This document shows, piece by piece, positions 24,754 to 37,841 of a DNA stretch of 64,000 nucleotides (position 1 is the first letter of the stretch; every line of letters starts with the position of its first letter). The notes below the pieces were generated by a model that ran no database searches, was not told where the DNA came from, and saw nothing but the letters and a program-made list of their open reading frames with translations. Location: the NCBI GenBank assembly GCA_010405405.1, contig MU004243.1:491340-555339 (forward strand), given 5' to 3'. A program made the translations under genes and the position numbers. This stretch comes from Microthyrium microscopicum (lineage: Eukaryota).

Positions 24754-25873
24754 TCAGTGATTCTTCTCCACAATCTCCCTCGCAAACGCCGCAAAATCAC
24801 GCTCCTCATCTACCATCTCCCATAAATTCGGCTGCGTAAACACAGCCAGTGTATTCCGCGCAATCTGGCCACCCAGACCCATGGTCGCCCCACGCACAAA
24901 GTGAGGCACCGCGCGAAACCGGCCCTTCGTGATAACTTCCAACGCCTCTCCAGTCTGGAAAGCGAGACAATCGCGAGGAATCGCGACTTTGACCGTCTCT
25001 CCTGTCCGACTGTGTATGTATAGCCCCGCCCGTGGGTCCGGCGGGCCATCCAGTTCTGCCAATGGCGTGAAATGCGCAGTCTCCAAGCGCGGTACATTCT
25101 CCGCCTCGTCAATGAATGCCGCCGACGTCAAGCCAGTCAGACATCCATGATCCACATGTGTTGCACACCAGTCATCTTCATCAGAGGGCGCTTTGCTGAA
25201 TGCTTTAGACGGAGGGGGGAAGTAGTGGAGTAGCCGAGCTTTGCTGGCGCTGCTGGAGCGCACGACGTGTTCGAAGGAACCCGCCCGGTACTCCGGGACA
25301 TTCACGGACGCATATCGATCGCATGCGCGAGCGACGAGAGCAGCGACGTCGATTATGAGGCTACATAGCGCCTTAAAGGCCTGCTCAAAGCCCGGAAGCG
25401 CGTCTTCAGGCGGCCAGACGTTGGCGGCAGTGTATTCGGGGAAGGAGGGATATCGGTCGGCGAGATTAGCTTGGGAAAGGGTTTCGGCGAAGCTGGGATT
25501 GCAGTTGACGTAGTAGGAGCCTTTGAGGGTGTCGTATTGGCCAGACTTTAGCTTCTCTTTGCCACAGGACCAGCCGACGAGCCATTTGGCGTGTGGATTC
25601 TCGAGACTCTCTGGTGCTTGTTAGCAACCTAATTGTACTGCCGAGATTCTGCTGACCGAGGGTTTCTTGGGGCAGATTGGCGAGGTAGGAGGAGTAGGAG
25701 AGGAGGTTGTGGCGCATGTTGGGGAAGGTTGCGGGCAGGTCTTTCACGACGAGGATTCCGAGGGACTGTGGGCCAAAGGCTGTCTCGAGGGCTTCGAATG
25801 GTATGGAGTCATTTTCTAGATCTTTGAGACTGACAGTCACAGGACTGGCATGTTTGATGTCTTGAGAAGCCAT
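24754..25873 (-). CDS. 2-oxoglutarate/Fe(II) oxygenase (clavaminate synthase/IPNS-like fold)
   Basis: Intron 25611..25656 gives 357 aa. HVD...H facial triad (WCATHVDHGCLT, AVPHFVR) and RNTLAVF. Confidence 0.88.
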
Positions 25874-26190
25874 GGTCGTGATAAGTTGATGATCGTGGTG
25901 GCGTTAGCAGGAGATGGAGTTTGGCCTGTCCCTAGAGGATGATATGAGTAGACGGAATAGGAGCAATATACTAATTTAGAAGCATCTACATTGTATTTAG
26001 AAAAGAGCTGTAGAGTATTATGGACTTGCATCAAGTTCGCTGTTCAGGTGGTCGCGAAGGAGGTCGCGAACGCGAGTCTGGCCCGCCAACCAGAATCAAA
26101 GCTCTCTCACGCTTCTTCCAACCTCCCACCATACACAATCTGCCCAAAATATACTCCTTCTCTCGACCTTCCCTTGATTCTAGACACAGC

Positions 26191-26988
26191 ATGGTCAAGC
26201 CACTAGCTTTCAAGGGCGACAAGAAGACTGCGAAAAAGCGAAAGCGACCAGCTGGCGATTCCGATGCCCCAACCACGTCAGAGTCGAAAGCTCTCGTGCA
26301 GCAACCAACCGATCAAGACGACGACTCCTGGGTGACCGCCGAAGCCATCGTAGACATCACTGGCCCTATAGTCTTTGTCCTACCCACCGAGGTCCCAAGT
26401 GCACTTGCCTGCGACGCCACTGGCAAAGTCTTTGCGCTGCCAATCGAGAATATGGTCGAAAACGACCCACTCACAGCTGAACCCCACGACGTACGCCAGG
26501 TATGGGTCTCAAACCGAGTCGCTGGAAGTGAGAAGTTCAGCTTCAAGGGTCATCATGGACGATACTTGGGATGCAATAAGTTTGGAGTGTACGCAGCCAC
26601 ACGCGAGGCAATCTCCCCAGAAGAGTCGTTTACGTGTATACCGGTAGCAGATACACCAGGGACATTTGCTGTTCAGTCTGAGTGGCAGAAATTCTTAACT
26701 GTCAACGAAGATGCGCCGGCCGACAAGCTTGTGCGTGGAGATGCAGAAGAAATTGATTTCAATAGCTCCATACGTGTTCGTTTGCAGGCCCGGTTCAAAC
26801 CACGTCTCAAGGTCGCAAAGGAGGAGAGAGCAAGAGAAAGAATCACTCGGAAAGAACTCGAGGACATGGTTGGCAGACGCCTCGAGGAGGAGGACGTGAA
26901 AACACTCAAGCGCGCCAGAAGAGAAGGAAACTTTCACGAAAAGCTGCTGGATGTCAAAGTAAAAGGCAAGCACGACAAGTTTGCATGA
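26191..26988 (+). CDS. frg1: FRG1-like protein (fascin-like domain, spliceosome-associated)
   Basis: MVKPLAFKGDKKTAKKRKR start with NLS, AEPHDVRQVWV, and a C-terminal GNFHEKLLDVKVKGKHDKFA typical of FRG1. Confidence 0.88.
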   Translation: MVKPLAFKGDKKTAKKRKRPAGDSDAPTTSESKALVQQPTDQDDDSWVTAEAIVDITGPIVFVLPTEVPSALACDATGKVFALPIENMVENDPLTAEPHDVRQVWVSNRVAGSEKFSFKGHHGRYLGCNKFGVYAATREAISPEESFTCIPVADTPGTFAVQSEWQKFLTVNEDAPADKLVRGDAEEIDFNSSIRVRLQARFKPRLKVAKEERARERITRKELEDMVGRRLEEEDVKTLKRARREGNFHEKLLDVKVKGKHDKFA

Positions 26989-27111
26989 TACCCAGTTTAT
27001 ACTATTATCATGGACAAAGTTTGTCAAGGATTTGCTACTTTTTAAGTCGCATCATATTATGGCCTTCCAGACCTATGTTTATCAGGAGGTCATAAGGCTA
27101 ACTTGCTATAC

Positions 27112-28274
<1,163 letters not shown>

Positions 28275-28452
28275 TATGTCAAAAGAATGCGCGGTTCGGA
28301 TCGAAGTGACTTGGAAACAGGACAAACAAGAATACTATGACGGGAATGAGCGAGATCTAAAGGTCTATCGGAAGAGTGAGCCGGCGCGGAGAAGATCAGA
28401 ATTAAGTATGAGCTGTGATACACAGCTGTTAGCTTCTAATACACGGGCATTA

Positions 28453-28642
28453 ACATATCAAACTAGCATAACCAAAGATCTTCCTGCCAATGAGATGCGG
28501 TAATAATGACCCAGTGATATAAACTTGAGGCATGATCTATGCTAATAGACGACAGCATGCATAAAATGACATATACTTATCGAACTCTCCTGTGTAAAGA
28601 TTTTCCTGCCAATGATCTACGGATTAAGGAGCAAGTGATATA
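28453..28642. repeat. Imperfect direct duplication (period about 122 bp) in the xylanase upstream region
   Basis: AAAGATCTTCCTGCCAATGAGATGCGG...AGTGATATA (28474-28521) versus AAAGATTTTCCTGCCAATGATCTACGG...AGTGATATA (28596-28642). Confidence 0.7.
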
Positions 28643-29403
28643 GGTGCCTGTTTATGTGGAGGGCTTCATGCCGCTGGCGACAAGTCAGGCGCAAACACGA
28701 TCTGGGTAATGAGCATATTGTCCGGTAGGGTATCCCTTACAGTGCCATCGGACATTTATAGGCATTACAGTTCGAGTGATCAGTCAAGAAGTATATAATC
28801 AGTTATGAATAAGTCACCAGTTGGCAGCGCCACACTGAAACTATGCTAGCGTTACTTTGCATTGACCCAGATGGGCTTCAACAGCTGCGGATTTGATAGA
28901 TGTTTCCCAGCTAGTGTTAGACTATAAGAGCTGATGTAAGGCTGTATTGTATGGTTTCCGGGTTTAGAGCTGCGCATTGTCTTTTTTCAATCGTTGTACG
29001 ACGGATCAACACCAGTCCAGTGATCGCCTGTGGTAGGGTTTGGAAAAGCGGACCTAGGAATCGAATAGACGAGGCGGACAATCTTCCTTGCTGGCATGCA
29101 AATGGATCAGTAGTAACAGTCTTGGAGAAATTTGATCCCGTTGCTTCCTAAGAACTGAATCGAGTTCTTATAGTTCGTAATCTACCATCATCTTAGACTG
29201 ACATCTTGCAAAGATGCTACGCAGCGCCAATATCGAAGACAACCGAAATGTCTTTTCGCAGACATATTCAACTCATTCTTGCCACAGCGTTGACGGGTTC
29301 GCATCATGACCAGCAATTGTATTATCTTTCTGTATAGCTGAAGGCTGTTGGACCAGAGCATTACTACGTGCATGTCCCCATATTCGTCTTTGCATACTTT
29401 TTG

Positions 29404-31050
29404 TTACGACTTCTCGTCGAACAATCCACCTTGGGCACCACCATGAGCAGGTTGAGGATTATAGCCTGGCCGAGGCCCATCCAACGGTCTGATATTTTCA
29501 GCCATCGCGTCCTCGTAACTTGGAGGTGCATCCAGATACGGGTCCTCAGGATGCTGTCCGGAGCCCGGCGGTAGGTTTGAAGGACCAGCAGAGTACGCTG
29601 GCAAACCTCCCGGGGGTGCAGTAGCAGCCTGTGTTGGAGGCTGTGGACGTACTCGCTGCTCGGCAACCCGTTTGAGGAGCTCATCCGGTGGACGAATTCC
29701 TGAAAACACTTCTACTCTATGACGAAGTGGAAGTACGACGAATTGATCCTACGAGCTGTTAACTGTAAGCACTTCATGAGGCAAGAAACCCTACCTGGCC
29801 AGGAATTGTGGAACCATAGCTCAGACCGACGCTCACAACAAGTTCATAGTAGCGCTCGATATTGCACGTCACGAAAGAAGGACAGACGGCGTCTGGAAGG
29901 GTATGCCCAGCCCAAAGCTCTCGTGTCAGTTCCGTCTCTGCACCTTCGGCGTCTGTTTCAATGCCTATCGTGTAGTGAAGGTTACTTGCGCTATTTAGTA
30001 CCCAGCTAGTGCCAACCGTCTGTGACATTGCTTGCGCGCGCAGCTTAGTGTGACCCACCAGTTCAATCTGGAACGTTTTGAGGTAAAGTGGTCCTGAGCG
30101 CGGACTTTGCTGCTTTATCAGAACTCGTAATGGTATGTCCTTGCCGCATGTGAGAACCGATGGATTGGGCATCCGCACATCAATACTAAATCTCGCCAGC
30201 TGGGCATTTGTGACAGGCGGTGGAGTAGGCGCCGCTCCAAGCTTCAAGCTGAATTTACGCTTTGGCTGTTCGGGGTTATCGTTGAATTGGTGTTGTCTTC
30301 TCGCGTATGCTTCACCATCGCTTTTAGGTCGTGGTGGTTCAATGGGATCAAAGCTGAAGTATGTGATCTTCAACACGGTCATCAACTGCTTCAAATCTTA
30401 TCGTCAGAAACTTACTGCTCGAGGATTTTCTTTGAACAAGGAAGGGACATTGACAGTCGCTTTCACGAAATACCTAATTCCGGCTTCTTGACTTTGATGC
30501 ATTGTTGGCGGTAGTGTCGTTTTAACGTGATGAGGAGCTGATTTGGATACTTCTATATTGAAACCGGCCATATTGAATGGTGTACTGGGCCCATGAGCTT
30601 GAATGTTCGCCAAACAAGAATTGTTGAAAGGTATCTGGCGAAAGTTAATAGGGGTCACTTGATGTGTTTGCCTTCAATTGACTGACCTTGAACTCAAACG
30701 GGTATTCATATGATCCTGGAGCTAGTTGAAAGCTCATCTTCTCTCGAGGATTTACTTGAACATTTGGAGGAGGAAACACTCTTTGCATCTTGTAAAGAAG
30801 CTATGGCTGTTAGTGCAACGCATATTTAACTGATCTATATCGATAGTCTTACCTTGTGTATCTCCAAGAAGTTTTCGGGTCGATTCGAATCTGGGTTCAC
30901 ACCTTGAAGCCTCGTTCTTGCCTCTCCTTCAAGTTTAACAATGACATAAGATATTTTGCTGGGCTGAAACAGCCGCAGTATTACTCGACCTTTGATTACA
31001 TCTAGGTTGGTATATTTTCCACTCTGGTCCAGGAGAATCTTCACGCTCAT
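29404..31050 (-). CDS. Alpha-arrestin-like protein with PY motifs
   Basis: Multi-exon gene with first intron 30801..30852. YTNLDVIKGRV, VKLEGEARTRL, PGSYEYPFEFK, TLPPT, IRYFVKATV and PSFVTCNIERYYEL, plus C-terminal LPAY and PPSY. Confidence 0.88.
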
Positions 31051-32194
31051 GATGATACGGCTTCCCCGGATAGCTTCGTAAACGCTTCAGTTAGCTGTTA
31101 TCACCGCTGGTGGAAATATTCTGACGCAAGTATTGTGAGGAGCACTCGCAGGCTCTAACGTAGGGGTGTCGGTATTCGAACGTCCGTGACACAGATATCA
31201 AGGAGGAAAAAGGCTCTGGGAGGCTCACCTAATGAATCTGGCGATAATTGCAATAGAATAAAGTCAAAGTCGGATAATGAGGTATATATATGTAGTGGAT
31301 AAAGGATGCAAAGGTTGTGATTGAGAGTTGAAGGTGGGGCGATGATGGATGTTGGGTTTCAAGGACTGCCAGACTCCAGTCAAGAGGGCCCCTCAATCGC
31401 TCTTTCTTAAACATTCAAGGCCAGAAGTTGAAGCTGGATAGCTTTCTCAATGTAGAGGCGGGATGCATGATTGCTTTCGGAAACACGATTTTGGAGTTGC
31501 AAAAAGCCTTCTGAATCCAAAAGAACTGAAGGCATAAACCTGCACAGCCCCAAGAGTACGCAACACCCCTTCTTGTCATAGAACTTTGTCGTGGATGCCT
31601 AGATCGGTGTCCTACAATTTGGAAGTGTCTAAGACGTCTCGTGCTCTCCGATGGGCTGGCAGTTGGTTATAGAAATCACTCTGAGTTCAAAGCCTTGCTC
31701 TCTTAAAAAGAGACAACGATCAAACTTCGGTAGCCATGAGTCTTCAAAGAAATCCGAACAATCCCAGTGACACTGAGCTCCATCGGCCGAGATTTAGTGT
31801 CAAGTGAGTAGTGAATTGTTCGCGCTACAAGATAATTGATTACTATCAATTTCTAGCTCATAGTTACCTCAAGTAAGTAGGTGCTCTCATGGAACCCAGG
31901 TACTACTCAGTGTTTACAGATAGGTAGTTAGTTTGCTCCGTAGCATTTCGCACTGTATAGTGCATTCCCTATGAAGGATTCGACCCCCTACAAGAACGAT
32001 AAATTAAATCCTCAGCTATCCAGGGATTGATTGGCACAAACGCAGGCACTCTGACCCTAAGAGGAGCTTGAGTATTTGCTTAATATATATGTCGACATAG
32101 ATGCACACAGCGAAGGAGCAGACACTTCCTGTACTATATGGTGATAGACTGATAGTCGATGGAAGTCTCATCACACCCATGATGCTATCATGAC

Positions 32195-34983
32195 ATGAAG
32201 ATGTATATCATTTACCGATACATCAGTCTCTGGGCTACTTATCAAATGCTTGGAGCGGGTTTGCATGGTAAGATCAAATCCATCAACGATCTTCTGTACT
32301 TTACTAATGTCTTCTGAAGCCCAAGCGAGCACTATCACTTCGCTTTTAGGATCGAACCGTACCAGCACATCTTCAGCGATACCTGAGAGTATCACCGCCT
32401 CGCCTTCGATCCTCGCCTTGTCGAATAATGAGCCATCTAATGTCACGGTGTGGCAAATTTACCCAGACCATAACACTATTGCACTAGACTTTACTAGTGT
32501 CTGGCCAGGAAATTGCAGTTTTCCGCTAACGACGGGAAGTGGTAGGCCAACTACAGACTGCTCTATTACGGTAGCTTCTGACAGATTCTAGGCAAGGAAT
32601 ACGCTTCGTGCTGTAATGCAATTCGAACCAAGTTTGACGACGCGTTTGGAAAGTGGAAAAACGTAGACGACAGAAACTTGCCCTTGACAGACCCGGCGAT
32701 TATATACTCTACAGTTACTACTGCTTGTAGTGGCAGATATACGTATCTAGAATCTCTGAGCCATAACCCGGCTTTTCCCTCGCTATATGACCCCGAGGCG
32801 CTGACTCCGCGACCTGAACGGCTATCAAGTCTAGGACTAACAGGTCCACTTACAGACATCAACTGTGTGTATCCGCATAGCGATTGCAAAGGCTTGTGGG
32901 AGGATTATGGCCAGACCTTTAGGAGTTTAGAGAGCAAATACGCGGTCAGCAAGACTTTAGACCAAGACGACGAACAAGTATCCCAGTTCTGGAGGCAGCC
33001 GACCTGTGCTCGCAATCACGACCCAGAAAATGATAATTATTGGCGTTGGGAATATTTGGACCATGATGCTCCTTGCATAATTGATGCACAAGTATGTATT
33101 GAGTCGAAGGAAGATAGGTGTTCAAATCAATAACAGAATATAGGAAGTCGAATTCTACTATTATGCGGTGCCTCCGGTTGAGGATTTATGCGCACCGTTG
33201 TCAACGAGAGTTCATTCCGTTGAGCGAGATATTGGTAAGCGTCAATGATATGTTTCTGCGCCATTTTACAATTTCCTTGGCTTTTGTCTGGGTGGGCTCT
33301 GGAAGTTGTTCTGATAAAGCCATTCTAACATCGATCTGCACAGCCCAGGAGAATAAAGCCTATTTCTATATCCCTTGGATTCATGTTGATTGGGACGAGA
33401 CAAAGTGGCAATCTTACAATGCTGGGGAAAACTACACACGTCTACAGCGTTTGCCATGTCTTGAAGATATGATTCCAAAGAGTAACGACACGAAGACGAA
33501 GGATTCTGACTTTATTCGATTTGATAATGGTACAAAGCAGATCAGGCCAGGTATCAACCAAAACCCATATTGTGTGGAGAACCTTTGGCTAGAGATGAAG
33601 AGCGAAGACATCTCAGTTGTAAAAGATAACGGAGTAAGTCAAATTCGATGCGACTCTTTCCAACAAGAGTACGGTCCACAGTTGCGTCGCGGTTGAGAGC
33701 AAGTCTAAGTTTAGCTGACGGCAGTGCACGACGACTGCTCCCTTCTTCAACCTGTTGGAGTACAATCGCAATACGCAGACATCACTGATGCTGACTCCGT
33801 TTCAGGGGTTCTTCACTACATCCCCATTGAACTTTGCGGCGCTAAATTGGCCCTATCCTGGTGAGCTTCCCAACCTTTTCTACAGGATGTACTCCTTTGC
33901 CTGTAATTTGGATGTTTTGTATGACGGTTGCAGTGTGTTCTTTGACTGGATATCTTTAGCAGCAACCCAAAGCCCCACTGTATATACCTGGTGGAATCGA
34001 CTAACAATCAGTCGCAGCGGACGCCTACTCTTCACAATGGTGCGGATTCGGAGCTTCTTATGCAACATCTTGTCAACATATTGTAAAGGACAGCCTATCA
34101 ATGCAACTCAATTTCCCTGAAACATTACGAGAGATGTTCCCTTCCTGGTCTAGATGTAAATTCAAGAACTCTGGTGAGTTTCTGCCCCAAAACACAAAAT
34201 ATGCAAGTGTCTCACTTTATCATAGGGGTAGTCGATCCACCCAAAACTTTGCCAGCGGATGGCATTGATGGCATCGACGATCTGCCTGGTCCTCTTTATA
34301 AGCCTAAAGCTCTTTCAGCTAGCAAACCTGCTTCAGCATCCGCTATGTTTCAGTCTATTGCCGGACCTGTGAGTAACAGCTTATACACTGAACCTGCAGT
34401 ACCAGCGCAAGGTATCAATGACGGCCCGCTATCCTTGCCACGACCAACTCCCGTGCCGAAGCCACAGTCATCACACCACTCAGCAACTCCAGGTCAAGGT
34501 CGGAGCGATGAGGCGCCCGCGCAGCAGGAAATCGGTAACTCTCAAGTCCTGGCCCCAGGAAGTATAGGAGTTATCATACACGACCAAGATAGCACTACAG
34601 TCGTAGCGATCCTGAGAAAGGACGGAAGCTACGATATTATGGGGACGAATTTGAGACCCAGCAATAACGGACAGATTATCCTATCAAGTGGAACTGTCGT
34701 GTCTGTTAGAGGAGACGGTCAATTGCTCATTGACGGGCAGGTAGCAAAGCCTTCTGTATTACCAGCTACTGGTGGTCTTTTTACTGATTTGGTAGCGAGC
34801 AGTGCTAGACTCAGTAGAACTGCTAATGTTCATGAGAGTCCGACGACGCCGCATGTCATAGCTCATGATTCTCAGAATGTAAAGACCAGCGAAGCAGGAA
34901 TGGCTTTTACATTATCATCAGACGCAATGATTGCATGTATACTACCCTTGCTTAGTCGATGGGCAATACTACATTGGATCTGA
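32195..34983 (+). CDS. Multi-exon putative secreted/GPI-anchored Cys-containing surface protein (internal exon boundaries partly uncertain)
   Basis: Introns 32268..32319, 32542..32591, 33092..33143 and 33235..33343 join ORF pieces in frame. CIIDAQEVEFYYYAVP, PLNFAALNWPYP and DPPKTL segments, S/T/P-rich stalk and hydrophobic C-terminus. Confidence 0.6.
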
Positions 34984-35685
34984 TCAGAGCAGAGCTATAG
35001 AGATCTCTATTTTTGACTTCCTGAAAAGATTCCTCCGAACGCACGTGCGATAGTTTGTACTCTTGACAAATAATAAAATCACATTGAGCAATTCGTAACG
35101 TAATGGTTAAACAATTGTGAGAGCATCCAGTGTCCATCGAATCCGAGGAAGTTCTCCTACTCAAAAAATGTACTCTACATACTTCACCATGTATGCAGTA
35201 CTTCCAGCTGGGTAAGATTGATATGGATATAAGGAAATACTTCCACAATGTGCGCAATGTAGCATATTTGATGTGTACCCACAGCGGGTTCTATAGAATT
35301 TGTGACTTAAAAGCGGCAAACGCCGTCGGGCACGGGGAAATAACAACACCTTGCTAACGGCGGAGACGGTGTAAAGGTGATCCATGCTTGAGCAATGAAC
35401 TACAGATATACCATGTCGGATTTTAGCAAAACACTTAGGAACCAAAAGCCAGTTCCCTCTTTGTCATTTTAGTCAGCCTGTCAGCCTGTCAGCTTGTCAC
35501 TCTATGCTCAACGAATATATATATCTAAGGTAGCATTTCCTTTCTGTCGATGGGTTTCTCTTTGATGCACACATCAAAATTTGATCACGCCGTCTTCGCA
35601 TAATTGTCATACAGTCCAGTAATCAAGAAGCTCTGCTACTCCATCATAAAGCTATTCAGCTTCCAACGTTCCAACACAACACAAC

Positions 35686-36534
35686 ATGGTGGCTTACAAG
35701 AAAACCGTCTTGATAACTGGCTGCTCTGATGGAGGTCTTGGAGCAGGACTTGCAATCGCTTTCCACAAAGCTGGTCTACATGTCTACGCCACAGCTCGAA
35801 ATCCCAACAAAATGACAGAACTAGCAGCAATGGGCATTGAAACGCGAACGCTCGATGTGCTTAACGACGAATCCATCGCCGCATGCGTCAAAGACATTCC
35901 CAGTCTTGACATTCTTGTCAACAACGCCGGAGGAGGATACTTCATGCCTGCCTCAGATCTGTCCATCCCCGAAGCAAAGAAGTTGTTTGATCTCAACGTC
36001 TGGTCCTATCTGGCCGTCACTCAGGCCTTTCTACCTCTTCTCATCAAATCCAAGGGATTACTCGTCAACCAGACATCCATCTCATCAGTATCGACAGTCC
36101 CTTTCACTTCCGCTTACAGCGCTTCGAAAGCGGCAATGGCAACGTTCTCCGATGGACTACGGCTGGAATTGGCTCCTTTTGGAATAAGAGTTGTCGAGTT
36201 GAAGACCGGGGCTGTACAGTCAAACTTCATGCCTAATCTCCCCGAGGCATCGGTCAAGTTACCACAAGGATCGATATATGAGCCCGCTAGAGATAACGTC
36301 GAGACTATTATGAGTGGCCAGCAATTTTTGGAAGACGCAACGCCGCTGGATAAGTGGTCATCGCAAGTCGTGCATGAGCTGCTAAAGCCAACGCCGCCAA
36401 AGTCCGTGTGGAAAGGAAAGGATGCATGGCTCGTGTGGCTTGTAGGTTGTATTCCATTCGGCCCAGCACTCGCGGAAGGGTTAGTGAAGAAAAGATTTGG
36501 AATGGATGTTATTGAACAAAAAGTACGGAAGTAG
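35686..36534 (+). CDS. Short-chain dehydrogenase/reductase (Ayr1-like)
   Basis: TGCSDGGLG Rossmann motif, NNAG and YSASK catalytic motif. Confidence 0.92.
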   Translation: MVAYKKTVLITGCSDGGLGAGLAIAFHKAGLHVYATARNPNKMTELAAMGIETRTLDVLNDESIAACVKDIPSLDILVNNAGGGYFMPASDLSIPEAKKLFDLNVWSYLAVTQAFLPLLIKSKGLLVNQTSISSVSTVPFTSAYSASKAAMATFSDGLRLELAPFGIRVVELKTGAVQSNFMPNLPEASVKLPQGSIYEPARDNVETIMSGQQFLEDATPLDKWSSQVVHELLKPTPPKSVWKGKDAWLVWLVGCIPFGPALAEGLVKKRFGMDVIEQKVRK

Positions 36535-36561
36535 GCAATGTTGGAACCAGTACCAGGAGAA

Positions 36562-36599
36562 GATGATTTTTAATTTTGTCGATGATTTTTAATTTTGTC
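36562..36599. repeat. 19-bp perfect tandem duplication downstream of the SDR gene
   Basis: GATGATTTTTAATTTTGTC occurs twice in tandem. Confidence 0.8.
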
Positions 36600-37841
36600 G
36601 CGGAGGTTGCGTAGCATGCTGTACTTTATGCCCTGTATTTTAATAGTTTTGGTGGCAGTCCGATCTAAATCTATGCAGCTCATTACGAATGAAGCGGTTC
36701 TTGAGGAAGTGGCATATGTTGTGAGGATGTCTCTACTGAAACCTTTCAGGTTTGACAGCGTCAAGTGTTTCTTGTGGGGTGTATGCATAAGAAGTACTAT
36801 ACCTCATTATGACCAAAACATGTCGTACTCTATCGTACCAGAATTATACTCTTAGTAGGCAGTATTCCGAGTTCCCACTTACGAAGCCTGTAAATTTTCA
36901 AAGCTATTATCTTAAATAAAGATTCTGCTGAATAAAATGAGCTGTCACTCGGGTAGTGCAACAAGGACGTGACACAAGGTCGAGGCGTCCATCTTGTGCT
37001 CATGTCGTTGACAGATTTTTCTGAAGTCCATCCTGTGGTGGGAGCACCTGGATGGACTCTAAACCGTCCCTTGTAGCGACTTCTCCGAAAATTTGCATTC
37101 CTAAGGGAAATGAAAAAGCCTAAGTTTTGATGCAATATGGTTCAACATTGAAAGGCGCGATGATACTGCGCACACCATTGAGGACACGAGCAGTTTAAAA
37201 AAGAGGGCTAATCCATCATAGAGGTTGCTAGAAGATCCAGGACATGCTGATACATGATCATGAGGGTTGAGCCAAGGCAGCCGACGGCATATTCAATGCT
37301 GATGATTGAAGGCTTCGGCGGACCTGCTAGAAACCTAAAGAAGGCGGAAGAAAGACAATACACAGTCGTTGTGTCATTAAATCAGGCAGACGGCATTCGT
37401 TGACTTGATAGACGTATATTAGAACAGTGGAGAGAGTTGATGGTGATGTGTCGGGTCAGATGAGGTTGGAAACAGGCACCACAAGATCGATGAGAGCCAT
37501 AGCGTCGTGACATGTCGCAGCTCCACCAAACCTCCAAACCACCCCATTCCAAAACCTCTCCCTCAACATCTCCACCGAAGCCACTGTTCCAGATTCTTCC
37601 CCTCCTGCGCCTCATCGCATCCGTCCTATTTGGGCCATAACATCAACACTGCTCACTCTCCGATACAACCATGCAGCCTGCCGTGGCCCCTTGACCGCCC
37701 ACTTCTGCCTTCGTCGGGTCCTATTCAACCTCCACCCCCAGGGGTTTCAATACCTGATATACAATTAAATACTACTTCCTTCACGTCCCATATGCGCATT
37801 CTCGATATAACGTCCGGTCGTCCTGTTCTCCGATAATTACA

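Noticed and set aside
35472..35500. (GTCAGCCT)-type 8-bp tandem repeat upstream of the SDR gene
   Set aside because: Short slippage repeat with no further evidence of function.
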